Of a stretch of 64,000 nt of DNA, positions 18,694 to 28,320 are shown piece by piece (position 1 is the first letter of the stretch; each line of letters begins with the position of its first letter). A program made the position numbers and the translations under genes. The stretch is from Escherichia phage vB_EcoM_PHB05. The notes under the pieces are model-generated. The model worked only from the letters and a program-made list of their open reading frames with translations. It ran no database searches and had not been told where the DNA came from. The DNA lies in sequence record NC_052652.1. One strand, given 5' to 3'.

Positions 18694-19266
18694 TTAATGT
18701 GTTAATGAAACTGCGTAACTAAACACAGGTTCAGATATTACATCGGCTACAGTAATAAAAACGTCCTCATCTTGCGTTGTTTCTACACGACATACAGTTA
18801 CACCATTTACTACAAATTCAACGCAATGTGGAATATCTTCACAAACGAATGTAGTGTAAGTAACACCCAAAGCATCATACAAAGATTTAACAGTATTTGC
18901 AAGTGCCGCAGTTTCTTCTTTTTCTGAGACAATGAATGCTGTAACAACAAGATTGTTTGCATAGTTTAGACTGTCCTCTATAGCCAATGATTTACAAGGT
19001 AGTAATGCAAAATATTTACCTGGTTTAATCAGACCTGCTTCCCATTGATTCAAAATTGCTTGGGATGGTTTAGTAATATAAAACAGATTTTCACTTGGGT
19101 TATCAATATTACTTCTGGCGATACAACGTGAAGGATTATTAATATCAAACACATGATCAAAATCTACACAAACTGGTAAACTGAAAGGTGTGAATTTTTT
19201 ACCTAATAATCCTACTGCTGACAATATGTTTGCTGTGCTTATCTTCCCGTTAAAAGCTAAACGCAT
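18694..19266 (-). CDS. hypothetical protein
   Basis: 190-aa ORF. Confidence 0.5.
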   Translation of the reverse strand: MRLAFNGKISTANILSAVGLLGKKFTPFSLPVCVDFDHVFDINNPSRCIARSNIDNPSENLFYITKPSQAILNQWEAGLIKPGKYFALLPCKSLAIEDSLNYANNLVVTAFIVSEKEETAALANTVKSLYDALGVTYTTFVCEDIPHCVEFVVNGVTVCRVETTQDEDVFITVADVISEPVFSYAVSLTH

Positions 19267-19277
19267 ATTTAACTCCT

Positions 19278-19481
19278 TTAACTAGCAACCGTAACTTCCG
19301 AACTTTCTTCTTTCGTACTGTCTACGATATGCCTGGTGGCAATATACGAGACTTGCCAGTTACCATCTGGTGTAGTCTCAATAAGTACCCTATCTACTTC
19401 GAGAAAATGCAAAAATTCAACCATCGCTCGCTTCGATAGGAATTGTTTTTTAACAGTCTCCTCAAAAGATTGAACTGCCAT
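19278..19481 (-). CDS. hypothetical protein
   Basis: 67-aa ORF. Confidence 0.4.
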   Translation of the reverse strand: MAVQSFEETVKKQFLSKRAMVEFLHFLEVDRVLIETTPDGNWQVSYIATRHIVDSTKEESSEVTVAS

Positions 19482-19490
19482 GTTTCCTCC

Positions 19491-20153
19491 TTATTTAATA
19501 TTCAATTTTGCACAAAGACGTTGTACCGCTTTGGCATCGAACAAACTCCCACGAATAGTTCTCTTTCCTGATTCATTCAGATGCTTTGCAATCGTCATAT
19601 ATGGCGTTTTACAAGCTCTGTATGCAACTAAAGAATCTTTTAAAGAAAGTGCAAACTCTTTTGAGCGTTTTGCTTCTTCCGTTTTCGTATAATCTGTTCT
19701 TTTGTATTTAGGGTTTGCTGCACCAAGAAGCGTTCCCTTCGCTTTTGCTACCTTAAGGCTCTTCTTAACACGATCAGATATTGCACGAGCCTCTTCTTCT
19801 GCCAGAACTGCTAAAATATTTATTATCATATTTTCAGCGGAGGGCATAGTTGCTATCCGTACATTAATCATCTCTAACAAGGTTGCAACAGAAGCTGTGT
19901 TACGTCCAAGACGGTCAACCTTAGCAACAACAAGTGTAGCACCTGTTTCTTTGCAAAGATTAACAGCTTTTACAAGCTCTCTACGTTGCTTCCAATCGCC
20001 TTTACCAGAATAAAACTCTGCAAAGCTACCTACAATAGTATAATTTTCTTGTGAATCCAGGAAGCGTTGGATATCTGCTTCCTGTGATTCTATACCATAC
20101 TGGTTGCCTTGTTGTTTCTTCTTAGAAAGTCGATGATACAGTACAAACTTCAT
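19491..20153 (-). CDS. serine recombinase (resolvase/invertase family)
   Basis: N-terminal YHRLSKKKQQ...ESQ...IQ and VAKVDRLGRNTASVATLL match resolvase catalytic domain blocks; C-terminal HTH-like region. Confidence 0.75.
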   Translation of the reverse strand: MKFVLYHRLSKKKQQGNQYGIESQEADIQRFLDSQENYTIVGSFAEFYSGKGDWKQRRELVKAVNLCKETGATLVVAKVDRLGRNTASVATLLEMINVRIATMPSAENMIINILAVLAEEEARAISDRVKKSLKVAKAKGTLLGAANPKYKRTDYTKTEEAKRSKEFALSLKDSLVAYRACKTPYMTIAKHLNESGKRTIRGSLFDAKAVQRLCAKLNIK

Positions 20154-20210
20154 AATACCCTCCTGTTCTGTTGCAGGAAGTATGCACTACCTTAATGTTA
20201 AAGTCAACAG

Positions 20211-20426
20211 TTAAGTAGTGGTAATATCATCCTCTTGAATAGCAGGGTCAACTTCTGCAAAGATAGCCTCTACAGGAATTTCTTCACCTGCTATTCTAGA
20301 AAGAAGCACTGAACCAATAGCTTTTGCGTGTTCTTCGGATTCCGCATAAACATTAGTTCCTGTGTCTTTTTTCTTAGTTTCGTTAAAATATACCAGATAG
20401 TAATTGTATGCCATTATTCTTCCCAA
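20211..20426 (-). CDS. hypothetical protein
   Basis: 71-aa ORF. Confidence 0.4.
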   Translation of the reverse strand: MGRIMAYNYYLVYFNETKKKDTGTNVYAESEEHAKAIGSVLLSRIAGEEIPVEAIFAEVDPAIQEDDITTT

Positions 20427-20665
20427 TCGTTGTTACGAGCACTTTCAAGAACCTTGACAACTTCTGCATACTCTACAGCTAAACCAGCACACACTTCAGC
20501 TTGTTTTGCAATTGCTTGTTTAAAGAACATAGCGATTGCAACACTCTGTGTTGTGTGAATGTTATCTGCTTTAGTTGATACATGAAGATCAAAATCTTCT
20601 TCATCAAAGGTGAGTTCCATAGTAACAATAAATTTCTCGGTCATAAAAATGCTCCTCTTAAACAA
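20414..20665 (-). CDS. hypothetical protein
   Basis: 83-aa ORF. Confidence 0.4.
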   Translation of the reverse strand: MFKRSIFMTEKFIVTMELTFDEEDFDLHVSTKADNIHTTQSVAIAMFFKQAIAKQAEVCAGLAVEYAEVVKVLESARNNDWEE

Positions 20666-21167
20666 AATAGAAAGGTTGAGTTAAACCCAGCCTGTTTTTT
20701 GGGTCGTAGACGTACCAAGCATATGCTGTCTTATCAGTACCACCTGCAACAAAAGATGGTCGTTCAGAAAGAACAATCAAATTTGTTGGTGGATTCTGTT
20801 TATGGAATTCCCTTCGTTTAATAGACTCTAGGAACCCAAGACGCAACAAGTATATGCAAACGTCTGCTTCTTTTAAGCTCTTTTGCAAGAACTCAAGTGC
20901 AAGTCTGAATGGTGGATTTGTGATTATAATATCCGGCTTAGTATGCCATTCGTGGTTAAAATAATCCTTCCCTTCTTCTAACTCACAATATTCTGATCCT
21001 TCTGGAAAATGTTGATAAATTGCAGCAGCAGCGCCTTTACACGGTTCTGCAAAAATAAAACCTTCTTCTTTAAGGTTATTAAAATCTATTACACTAAATA
21101 ATGCATTTATACATTTTTGTGGAGTAGGATAGTAATCAGTTGGTGGACGATCATACTTATTTGCCAC
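20658..21167 (-). CDS. small DNA N6-adenine methyltransferase (phage Dam-like)
   Basis: IITNPPF motif IV of amino-methyltransferases; size about 170 aa typical of phage Dam family. Confidence 0.6.
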   Translation of the reverse strand: MANKYDRPPTDYYPTPQKCINALFSVIDFNNLKEEGFIFAEPCKGAAAAIYQHFPEGSEYCELEEGKDYFNHEWHTKPDIIITNPPFRLALEFLQKSLKEADVCIYLLRLGFLESIKRREFHKQNPPTNLIVLSERPSFVAGGTDKTAYAWYVYDPKNRLGLTQPFYFV

Positions 21168-21585
21168 TACTTAAAATCTCCTCTTTTGTGATTTCAGGGT
21201 TTTCTTCAAAAACCATAATATCTCTTAAGAACGTTAATTCTTCCATAGATACTGGTATTGTATCTTCTTCTGTTTTTCGTTTACATAAATCGTCAAGAAA
21301 GTTTTTAACGCTTTCTGACACATCGTAAAATTTCAACAATTGATAATCACAGGAGGAGATCCTATCTAGTTCTAACATTCTTTCTAAGATATTTTCTGTG
21401 TTGCCGTACAACACACGAACCTCTCCGAAAGGGTTGACTAAATATTGTGAATTTCTGAACCATCCCTTTTTAGATACAGTGTAACGCTGTTCTGCTAAAC
21501 TTTCAATAAAATTTTTAGCCCTTTTACAGTTTTGTTCTAAAGAGTAGTAGGCTTTTTCTACAAAGATTACAGGTACTGGTAACAT
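21157..21585 (-). CDS. hypothetical protein
   Basis: 142-aa ORF. Confidence 0.5.
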   Translation of the reverse strand: MLPVPVIFVEKAYYSLEQNCKRAKNFIESLAEQRYTVSKKGWFRNSQYLVNPFGEVRVLYGNTENILERMLELDRISSCDYQLLKFYDVSESVKNFLDDLCKRKTEEDTIPVSMEELTFLRDIMVFEENPEITKEEILSSGK

Positions 21586-21625
21586 ATCTCCTCCTAATAA
21601 CCCCCGTGAGGGGGTTTATGTTAGA

Positions 21626-22279
21626 TTAATTATCAGAGGACACTTTATCAAGTTTTTCAGAGACTGTCAATACTTTTTCTTGTGATTCTTTCATTTCTGC
21701 TAAAATACTTTCAGCTTCATCACTATCAGGATCACCAGTCAACAGCATACTAATTAGTTGCTCCTTGCTGAAGTTCAGAATATCTTCCGCTGTTAGCTCC
21801 AGTTGTTCTTCGATCTCTTCAACAAAAGTTTCACCGCCTGAAAAAGCATCTCGTAGTTTTGCAACTTCCATCGCTTCTTCTGGGGTTGCCCCAGCGTCTA
21901 AAGCTGCTAAAGCAAAATCTGCCCCACTACCAACAGCATAGTAATCTTCAGTTAAAGGGTATGCTCGCGTTGGATTATTACCCTCGTGCATATAAATTTT
22001 ACCGTCTGGGTGAACAACCAATGCCACAAACTCTTCATCTTCTTTATCAGGATCTGACTGGATCACCAAACCTGGGATTGTCTCTTGTGCTGCCTGGCAC
22101 TGTAAGTTTTGTTCGAACCAAGAAAAGAAAGTCAGGATAGAAGACAGACGTCCTGCACCACCAACAAGGTAATCCCCAATTTTACGCACTTTCTTGAAAT
22201 TTAAAGTGTCTACTCGATTACCTACTGTTACTTTACCGTCAGATAGAATTTTGTTATGTGTTGCAATAATTGTTGTCAT
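21626..22279 (-). CDS. HslV-like Ntn-hydrolase peptidase
   Basis: N-terminal M-TTIIAT (Thr right after Met) and blocks GDGKVTVGN...KKVRKI, GGAGRLSSILTFF, YAVGSGADFALAA parallel E. coli HslV. Confidence 0.65.
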   Translation of the reverse strand: MTTIIATHNKILSDGKVTVGNRVDTLNFKKVRKIGDYLVGGAGRLSSILTFFSWFEQNLQCQAAQETIPGLVIQSDPDKEDEEFVALVVHPDGKIYMHEGNNPTRAYPLTEDYYAVGSGADFALAALDAGATPEEAMEVAKLRDAFSGGETFVEEIEEQLELTAEDILNFSKEQLISMLLTGDPDSDEAESILAEMKESQEKVLTVSEKLDKVSSDN

Positions 22280-22770
22280 TGTACTTCCTCCTGTAGTGTT
22301 TTAAGGACTGCTTTACCACCGCTTACATACTTACGTAGGTAATCAATAGCTCTTAGTGTTTCTTTATCCACAAGAATTTTATTAGTTCTTGTTAGTGGAT
22401 GATTTAGTAAATCACTGCAATTTCTTACTAACATAGACTTCTTGTGAAAGATACTGCTAAGAAAAAGAAGTTTAGAATCTTCTTCATCAATCAGGAGTAA
22501 TTCTGAATTAGATCCAGCTACATTTATTATACACTCAAACAAGCCTTCTTGACTATCAGATAATTCCTGGTAATATTTAGTTAGCCAATCCTCTCCTTTT
22601 AACCAACTAAAAAACATCTGAACTTTTTGCAAAGTTGTCATGTTCTCTAAACGAAGAGATATTTCTTTTTCAATCTTGTCAATATAAATCTGTCTAAACT
22701 CATTCGGCTTAACTAAGCCAGCTTGATAGCATTCATCAATACCATTGCGATCAATCTCAATTAGCGTCAT
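22276..22770 (-). CDS. hypothetical protein
   Basis: 164-aa ORF. Confidence 0.5.
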   Translation of the reverse strand: MTLIEIDRNGIDECYQAGLVKPNEFRQIYIDKIEKEISLRLENMTTLQKVQMFFSWLKGEDWLTKYYQELSDSQEGLFECIINVAGSNSELLLIDEEDSKLLFLSSIFHKKSMLVRNCSDLLNHPLTRTNKILVDKETLRAIDYLRKYVSGGKAVLKTLQEEVQ

Positions 22771-22806
22771 TTAACCTCCATAACAGGCATCCTTGCCTTG
22801 TAATTA

Positions 22807-23559
22807 TTAATATACTTCCGTGATGAACTGAGACAAACGGGAACGTTGGTTATCAGCAGTTGTCATTTCAACATAACCAATAAAATCTACAATAGCTTCC
22901 CTTTCTCCTTCTTCGTTAATAGGAACAACACGATCTAACAAATCACCTAACCCGTTAGCTCTTCGTTTAATTGCATATGTTTGATTAACATCACCCATAA
23001 TGACAATACGTGTATTAAGACCTGCTCGCTCAAGGAGAAGTTTTACTGTGTTTGGTGACATAAGTTGAACTTCATCAATAAGAATAATGCTGTTATCCCA
23101 CGTAGCACCTAGTGCATAGTTTGGAATATTAAGTTCAATTTTGCCACTTGCAATATCGTTTTCCAATTTATTTGCAGTCATAAACTGTTGGAAAATTCTT
23201 TTAGTTGACTCGTAGTGTGCTGCTAGTTTATCAGTCTTATCTCCAGATAAGAAACCGATTTGGTCATCACCTACTTCTGTCGGGTTTTTAAGGAAAATCA
23301 ACTTTCTGAAATCACCAGCTTTAAGCATTTGCAATGCTTTCCATAGTGCTGTTGTCGTTTTTCCTGTTCCTGCTGGGGCATTAACAATGGTTAAATCATT
23401 CCAAACCATGCTTCTTACAATAGCTTCTTGATTCCCAACAGGGGTAAATTCATCAAGACGGTAATCATCATTTCCTACTGCTTTAGCCGCATAACGACTG
23501 GCACGTTTGTCATCATTGGCTGCTGATTGACGACGAGCCTTTGCGGTTTTATTTCCCAT
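22807..23559 (-). CDS. phoH: PhoH-like ATPase
   Basis: Walker A APAGTGKTT, Walker B IILIDEVQ, PhoH-like overall blocks. Confidence 0.85.
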   Translation of the reverse strand: MGNKTAKARRQSAANDDKRASRYAAKAVGNDDYRLDEFTPVGNQEAIVRSMVWNDLTIVNAPAGTGKTTTALWKALQMLKAGDFRKLIFLKNPTEVGDDQIGFLSGDKTDKLAAHYESTKRIFQQFMTANKLENDIASGKIELNIPNYALGATWDNSIILIDEVQLMSPNTVKLLLERAGLNTRIVIMGDVNQTYAIKRRANGLGDLLDRVVPINEEGEREAIVDFIGYVEMTTADNQRSRLSQFITEVY

Positions 23560-23574
23560 GTTTGCACTCCTTAT

Positions 23575-23596
23575 AAAAGGGGCTTTCGCCCCTTTG
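23575..23596 (-). terminator. rho-independent terminator (GGGGCTTTCGCCCC family)
   Basis: AAAAGGGGCTTTCGCCCCTTT hairpin with T-run downstream of endolysin gene on - strand. Confidence 0.6.
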
Positions 23597-23597
23597 T

Positions 23598-24098
23598 TTA
23601 GTTATAAGCGTCTAATGTTCCAGTTTTAAGCACCTGAATTACACGCTCTGCGCGATTAGGCGTTTGGCGATACCATTTACTTTTACGTAAATTTATAGAG
23701 GCTTGAGTATAATATGAATTACTCACTAAAGTCAAGCTATTTTTGAAAGATTCTGCACCTTTCAACCCCATTTGAAATACCATATTGATAATAGCCATTT
23801 TACGATTAGGACTTACTTTATCGTAAATAGGAGATAATATGGTACTTGAATGGATTTGTTGTATCGCTTTCTTTACGTCACCCTCAAAGATTTTTCTAGC
23901 TTCCGCTTCAGTAATAACCCCATTAGTTTTTCTACCTACTAAGTTATCAAGAATGCGTATAGCTTCTGCTTTATCTTTGAGTTTTGTCAGAAGGTGTCCA
24001 ATACCAACCGTCCAATACCCTTCGGTATCAGTGTATACAGTTAGCTTTAGTCCTTCATCAAAACGTAACATATCAAACACATCAACTACTTTAGCCAT
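23598..24098 (-). CDS. endolysin, T4 lysozyme (gpe)-like glycoside hydrolase
   Basis: Near-collinear match to T4 lysozyme: DMLRFDEGL, DTEGYWTVGIGHLLTK, NGVIT, INMVFQMG, SKWYRQTPNRAERVI, TGTLDAY. Confidence 0.9.
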   Translation of the reverse strand: MAKVVDVFDMLRFDEGLKLTVYTDTEGYWTVGIGHLLTKLKDKAEAIRILDNLVGRKTNGVITEAEARKIFEGDVKKAIQQIHSSTILSPIYDKVSPNRKMAIINMVFQMGLKGAESFKNSLTLVSNSYYTQASINLRKSKWYRQTPNRAERVIQVLKTGTLDAYN

Positions 24099-24258
24099 GT
24101 TTTCCTTATATTAGTCGCCCTCCCCATGATCTAGCTCTTGAAACAGTAGGTGTTCAGGAGACATTTCACGTTTAGGCTTCGTCTTTTTAGTTTGGGACTT
24201 AAGCTCTGTTGCCAAAGCACGAGAAAAGATCTTACGTTTCTGTTTACCTTTCATATTG

Positions 24259-24525
24259 TTACTCCGCAATCTGAGCCATGAATTCACGTAGTTCAGAAAA
24301 ACCTCCTACGTGGGTTAGATGTTCACCATCTTCCACAAAAATTTGAGGAAAGGTACGTGGCAGAACACCTGTTTTCTCTAAAACCAGATTCTGAATCTGA
24401 TCTAAAGAATAGTCTTCATCTAAGGTAAGATATTTAAAATCCTGTTCACGCTGTTCCAGTAGAATCTTAGCGTTAGTGCAGAAAGGACAATTTGGTTTAC
24501 CGTAGATAATAAAATTCATTTTCAC
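24259..24525 (-). CDS. glutaredoxin (NrdH/Grx-like)
   Basis: CPFC active site near N-terminus, about 88 aa. Confidence 0.8.
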   Translation of the reverse strand: MKMNFIIYGKPNCPFCTNAKILLEQREQDFKYLTLDEDYSLDQIQNLVLEKTGVLPRTFPQIFVEDGEHLTHVGGFSELREFMAQIAE

Positions 24526-25352
24526 TCCTTGTTTAAAAGTATAGTTAAAGTTCTTACAATACCGCTATCAACACTTCGCGGAGTTAAAGTAGGATCTGTT
24601 TTTAAATAAGATGTTGCTGGTCTGACTGCTTTAGAATTATAGGTTGAAGCAGATACAGGATTAACTGTAACAGATAAATCTATAACAAGAAATATCTTAC
24701 GTGCAAAATCATACCAAGAAATATAATCTGCACCTGCATAGTGTACAATTTTACTATTTACACCATCTTTTACAAGTTTAAAAATTGTTTCTGCAAGATC
24801 AGGTGCATAAGTAGGACATGATAAATGATCACATACTACATTAAATTCTTTTTGACCACCGTTGTAGCGTTCCAACATAGTTTTCAAAAAGTTATGTCCA
24901 AATTCACTATAAACAGAAGCTGTTCTGATAATAAGTGCTGTAGGACAAACTGCTTGTACTAAAGTTTCACCTAATTGTTTACTGTAACCGTAGGTGTTCA
25001 AGGGGTTTGTTTTACTATCTTCTGTGCCAGCAACATTCCCATCAAAAACATAGTCTGTTGAAATATGTACAAACTGTATCAGTAAATCATTACATGCTTT
25101 GGCAATGTTTGTTGCACCGTATGCATTAACATTTATACAAGTGTTAACATCTTCTTCAGCTTTATCTACTGCCGTGTAAGCTGCACAATTCACAACAACA
25201 TCAGGCACGTGCTGTACAAGACTATTCATAACATCTTTAAAGTTGGTAATGTCTATATCACTTGCTTCAATCAAAATAACATCTTCGGGCGCAACTTTTG
25301 CCAAAGACTGTCCTAATTGACCTTTTGAACCAAAGATTAAAAATTTTGTCAA
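24522..25352 (-). CDS. rmlD: dTDP-4-dehydrorhamnose reductase
   Basis: N-terminal Rossmann FGSKGQLG, STDYVFDG, YGYSK catalytic motif; last gene of rml block. Confidence 0.8.
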   Translation of the reverse strand: MTKFLIFGSKGQLGQSLAKVAPEDVILIEASDIDITNFKDVMNSLVQHVPDVVVNCAAYTAVDKAEEDVNTCINVNAYGATNIAKACNDLLIQFVHISTDYVFDGNVAGTEDSKTNPLNTYGYSKQLGETLVQAVCPTALIIRTASVYSEFGHNFLKTMLERYNGGQKEFNVVCDHLSCPTYAPDLAETIFKLVKDGVNSKIVHYAGADYISWYDFARKIFLVIDLSVTVNPVSASTYNSKAVRPATSYLKTDPTLTPRSVDSGIVRTLTILLNKE

Positions 25353-25903
25353 AATATGATCTCCTTTAGTGTTTTGGCTTGCTGATCTTTTTGTGACAAG
25401 ATAGGTTTAAAATTAATATCATTAAAGATTAAATCAAAACCCCAATCTATATTGATATCTGGATCATTCCACGCAAGACTACACTCTGAAGTCGGATCGT
25501 AATATTCTGTACATTTATATTCAAAATCAGCAATGTCGCTAATCACAACAAAGCCATGAGCGAAACCAGGAGGAATCCAAAATTGTGTTTTATTCTTTTC
25601 AGATAAGAGAACACCTACCCATTCTCCAAATGTTGGACTACCAACCCTAATATCTACAGCAACATCATAAACTTCACCACGAACACAACGTACTAACTTC
25701 CCTTGTGGGTTTTTCTTTTGAAAATGAAGTCCACGTAGAACTCCTCTGATAGAACGTGAATGGTTATCTTGGACAAAGTTTTGTTTACCTATGTATTGAT
25801 CATATAAAGCCTGATTAAAACTTTCTAAGAAAAAACCACGTTCATCTCCGTAAACGTCAGGTTGAATGATCAACAAATCTTCGATTTTTGTTGCTTGAAT
25901 CAT
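25349..25903 (-). CDS. rmlC: dTDP-4-dehydrorhamnose 3,5-epimerase
   Basis: 184-aa cupin with DERGFF and RGLHFQ motifs. Confidence 0.8.
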   Translation of the reverse strand: MIQATKIEDLLIIQPDVYGDERGFFLESFNQALYDQYIGKQNFVQDNHSRSIRGVLRGLHFQKKNPQGKLVRCVRGEVYDVAVDIRVGSPTFGEWVGVLLSEKNKTQFWIPPGFAHGFVVISDIADFEYKCTEYYDPTSECSLAWNDPDINIDWGFDLIFNDINFKPILSQKDQQAKTLKEIIF

Positions 25904-25918
25904 TTAACTCCCCCTTTT

Positions 25919-26788
25919 TTATTTTAATTTAAGTAAATACTTACCGTAGTCTGTTTTACTTAAAACCTCTCCAGAACTTTTTACAGAGTCTAAAGTAATC
26001 CATTCATTTTTAAAAGCAATCTCTTCTAGGCATGCAACCTTCATACCTTGTTGCTTTTCTATTGCATGAACAAATTGAGATGCTTCCATAAGACTTTCAT
26101 GTGTTCCTGTATCCAGCCAAGTGAAACCTCTTCCTAGTTTACAGACACGTAAAGCCTTTTCTTTCCAGTACATCTCATTTATATCTGTAATCTCTAACTC
26201 CCCTCTAGCAGAAGGTTTAACACTCTTAGCTTTCTGTATAACAGAATTATCGTAAAAGTACAAGCCTGTAATTGCATAGTTGCTTTTTGGTGCTTTTGGT
26301 TTTTCTTCAATACTCACCACTGTACCTTCAGAATCAAACTCAACAACACCAAATCTTTCAGGATCATTTACGTGATACCCAAAAATATTAGCTCCACCAT
26401 TCTTTTCAATATGTTCTTTAGCAGAATCTAAAATGCTACCAAAACTCTGACCAAAGAATAAATTATCACCTAGCACAAGTGCTACAGAATCTTCACCAAT
26501 AAAGTTCTCACCAATAATAAAGGCTTCTGCTAAACCTTTTGGGCTGTTCTGTACTGCATACTGTAGGGAAATACCAAAAGAAGAACCATCACCTAAAAGA
26601 TTTACAAAATTAATTTGATCTTCTGGTGTTGTAATTATTAGTATTTCCCTAATTCCAGAAAGCATTAGGACAGAGAGTGGATAATAAATCATAGGCTTAT
26701 CGTAAATTGGTAATAGTTGTTTACTAACCCCTTTAGTAACTGGGTAAAGTCTTGTTCCGCTACCACCTGCTAAGATAATACCTTTCAT
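25919..26788 (-). CDS. rmlA: glucose-1-phosphate thymidylyltransferase
   Basis: [18 protein letters not shown] nucleotidyltransferase signature, about 289 aa. Confidence 0.9.
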   Translation of the reverse strand: MKGIILAGGSGTRLYPVTKGVSKQLLPIYDKPMIYYPLSVLMLSGIREILIITTPEDQINFVNLLGDGSSFGISLQYAVQNSPKGLAEAFIIGENFIGEDSVALVLGDNLFFGQSFGSILDSAKEHIEKNGGANIFGYHVNDPERFGVVEFDSEGTVVSIEEKPKAPKSNYAITGLYFYDNSVIQKAKSVKPSARGELEITDINEMYWKEKALRVCKLGRGFTWLDTGTHESLMEASQFVHAIEKQQGMKVACLEEIAFKNEWITLDSVKSSGEVLSKTDYGKYLLKLK

Positions 26789-26796
26789 ACTCCTCC

Positions 26797-27786
26797 TTAA
26801 ACTTTATTTTCCCACCACTCTTTGTTATCTACATACCAATCAATGGTTGAATAAAGTTTTTCTTCAAATGTGCCTTTAGCTTTCCACCCTAATTCCTTTT
26901 CAATTTTATAAGGATTCACTTCATATCTTAAATCATGTCCAGGTCTATCTGTAACCATTTCAATGAGGCTACAAGCATCTGTTTCAGATGGATATACCGC
27001 ATCCATATAATCACAAATCATATAGATTACATCAATATTAGTTCTAGGGTTTCTTCTTCCAATATTATATGTCTCTCCAGATTTGCCTTTAGTTACTACT
27101 AGGTGTAATGCTTCTGCGTGATCGTCAACGTATAACCAGTCTCTTACTTGAAGACCATTGCCATAAACAGGGATTGGTTTATTCATCAAGATATTTGTTA
27201 TCGTTTTAGGTATTAGTTTTTCTGGATGATGATATGCTCCAAAATTATTTGAACAATTTGTTATAACTGTCGGAATACCATAAGTACGATGCCACGCTCT
27301 TACCAAATGATCGCTTGCTGCCTTAGATGCAGCATATGGACTACTTGGCTTATAAGGATTCTGTTCTGTAAACGGATAATCCCCTTCTTCCATATCACCA
27401 TATACTTCATCTGTTGAAATATGATGGAACATTTTAAGATTTGATTTATCTCCCATTAAACGAACAGCTTCTAGAAGATTAAATGTCCCAACAATATTTG
27501 AATTTATAAAAACACTCGGTGATGCTATTGAATTATCTACGTGACTTTCTGCTGCAAGATGCATTATATAATCTGGATTAACATCTGCCACAATCTTAGC
27601 AGTTAACTGCGCATTTGTCAAGTCAACACGACAAAACTTTACATTGGGTGTTTCTGATAAATTTCTAGGGTCTGAAGCGTAACCCCATTTATCTATAACG
27701 TAAATATCATTTTTAGTATTTTTAGCCAGGAAACGAACTACCGCACTTCCAATAAAGCCTAAACCACCTGTTACTAAGTATTTCAT
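26797..27786 (-). CDS. rmlB: dTDP-glucose 4,6-dehydratase
   Basis: TGGLGFIGS Rossmann motif, YAASKAASD (YxxxK), DRPGHDLRY. Confidence 0.9.
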   Translation of the reverse strand: MKYLVTGGLGFIGSAVVRFLAKNTKNDIYVIDKWGYASDPRNLSETPNVKFCRVDLTNAQLTAKIVADVNPDYIMHLAAESHVDNSIASPSVFINSNIVGTFNLLEAVRLMGDKSNLKMFHHISTDEVYGDMEEGDYPFTEQNPYKPSSPYAASKAASDHLVRAWHRTYGIPTVITNCSNNFGAYHHPEKLIPKTITNILMNKPIPVYGNGLQVRDWLYVDDHAEALHLVVTKGKSGETYNIGRRNPRTNIDVIYMICDYMDAVYPSETDACSLIEMVTDRPGHDLRYEVNPYKIEKELGWKAKGTFEEKLYSTIDWYVDNKEWWENKV

Positions 27787-27980
27787 TTAGTCTCCTTCCA
27801 ATTATTCCCTTCAGTAAAAATAATACCTTCATAAAACAACCATCTGGAACCTTTTTCAACAGGAACAGGAAGCTCTTCTTCAGTAAAGTTATAAACCTCT
27901 CTAGCATCTTCTAAAAGTGATGCAAATGTTTTTGGACTTACTGTTACGCGAGGAGCATTGATCAGTTGATCTAGCATCAT
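27783..27980 (-). CDS. hypothetical protein
   Basis: Start refined to ATG 27980 (AAGGAGG RBS). Confidence 0.4.
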   Translation of the reverse strand: MMLDQLINAPRVTVSPKTFASLLEDAREVYNFTEEELPVPVEKGSRWLFYEGIIFTEGNNWKETK

Positions 27981-27993
27981 TCTACTATCCTCC

Positions 27994-28320
27994 TTACCAA
28001 ACGTGTTGAGAAATAATAGTTTCCGTTTCAATGTTATATTTTTCAAGAAGTTGTGCATAGGCTTCTTTTGCATTCTTATTTAGTTGCTCAAGATCTACAG
28101 CTACACTTCCTTCGCCACCTTCTAAATAAATGCCATATATGCAATAAGATTCATCAGCGTCATAGAAAGGAGAGATACGACTTAAATCAAGACCTTCTTG
28201 TAAGAACCAGTTAAAATCTCCATCAAATTCTTCTTCAATTCTAGGATCTTCTCCTACAGCCTCTTCCCATTTATTAAAAGGCGCACCCTGTAACATACGC
28301 CATTCAATATTAGTTCCCAT
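27994..28320 (-). CDS. hypothetical protein
   Basis: 108-aa acidic ORF. Confidence 0.5.
   Translation of the reverse strand: MGTNIEWRMLQGAPFNKWEEAVGEDPRIEEEFDGDFNWFLQEGLDLSRISPFYDADESYCIYGIYLEGGEGSVAVDLEQLNKNAKEAYAQLLEKYNIETETIISQHVW

Noticed and set aside
19480-20013. + strand ORFs antisense to the serine recombinase gene
   Set aside because: Embedded antisense to a motif-supported gene.
19491-20153. Interpretation of the serine recombinase as a prophage integrase (lysogeny module)
   Set aside because: The protein is small (220 aa) and lacks the large C-terminal domain of serine integrases; no repressor, att-like repeats or tRNA-adjacent attachment context were seen.
27722-27907. 61-aa - strand ORF overlapping the rmlB start region
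   Set aside because: Out-of-frame overlap with a strongly supported gene; the neighbouring ORF is better explained by the refined start at 27980.
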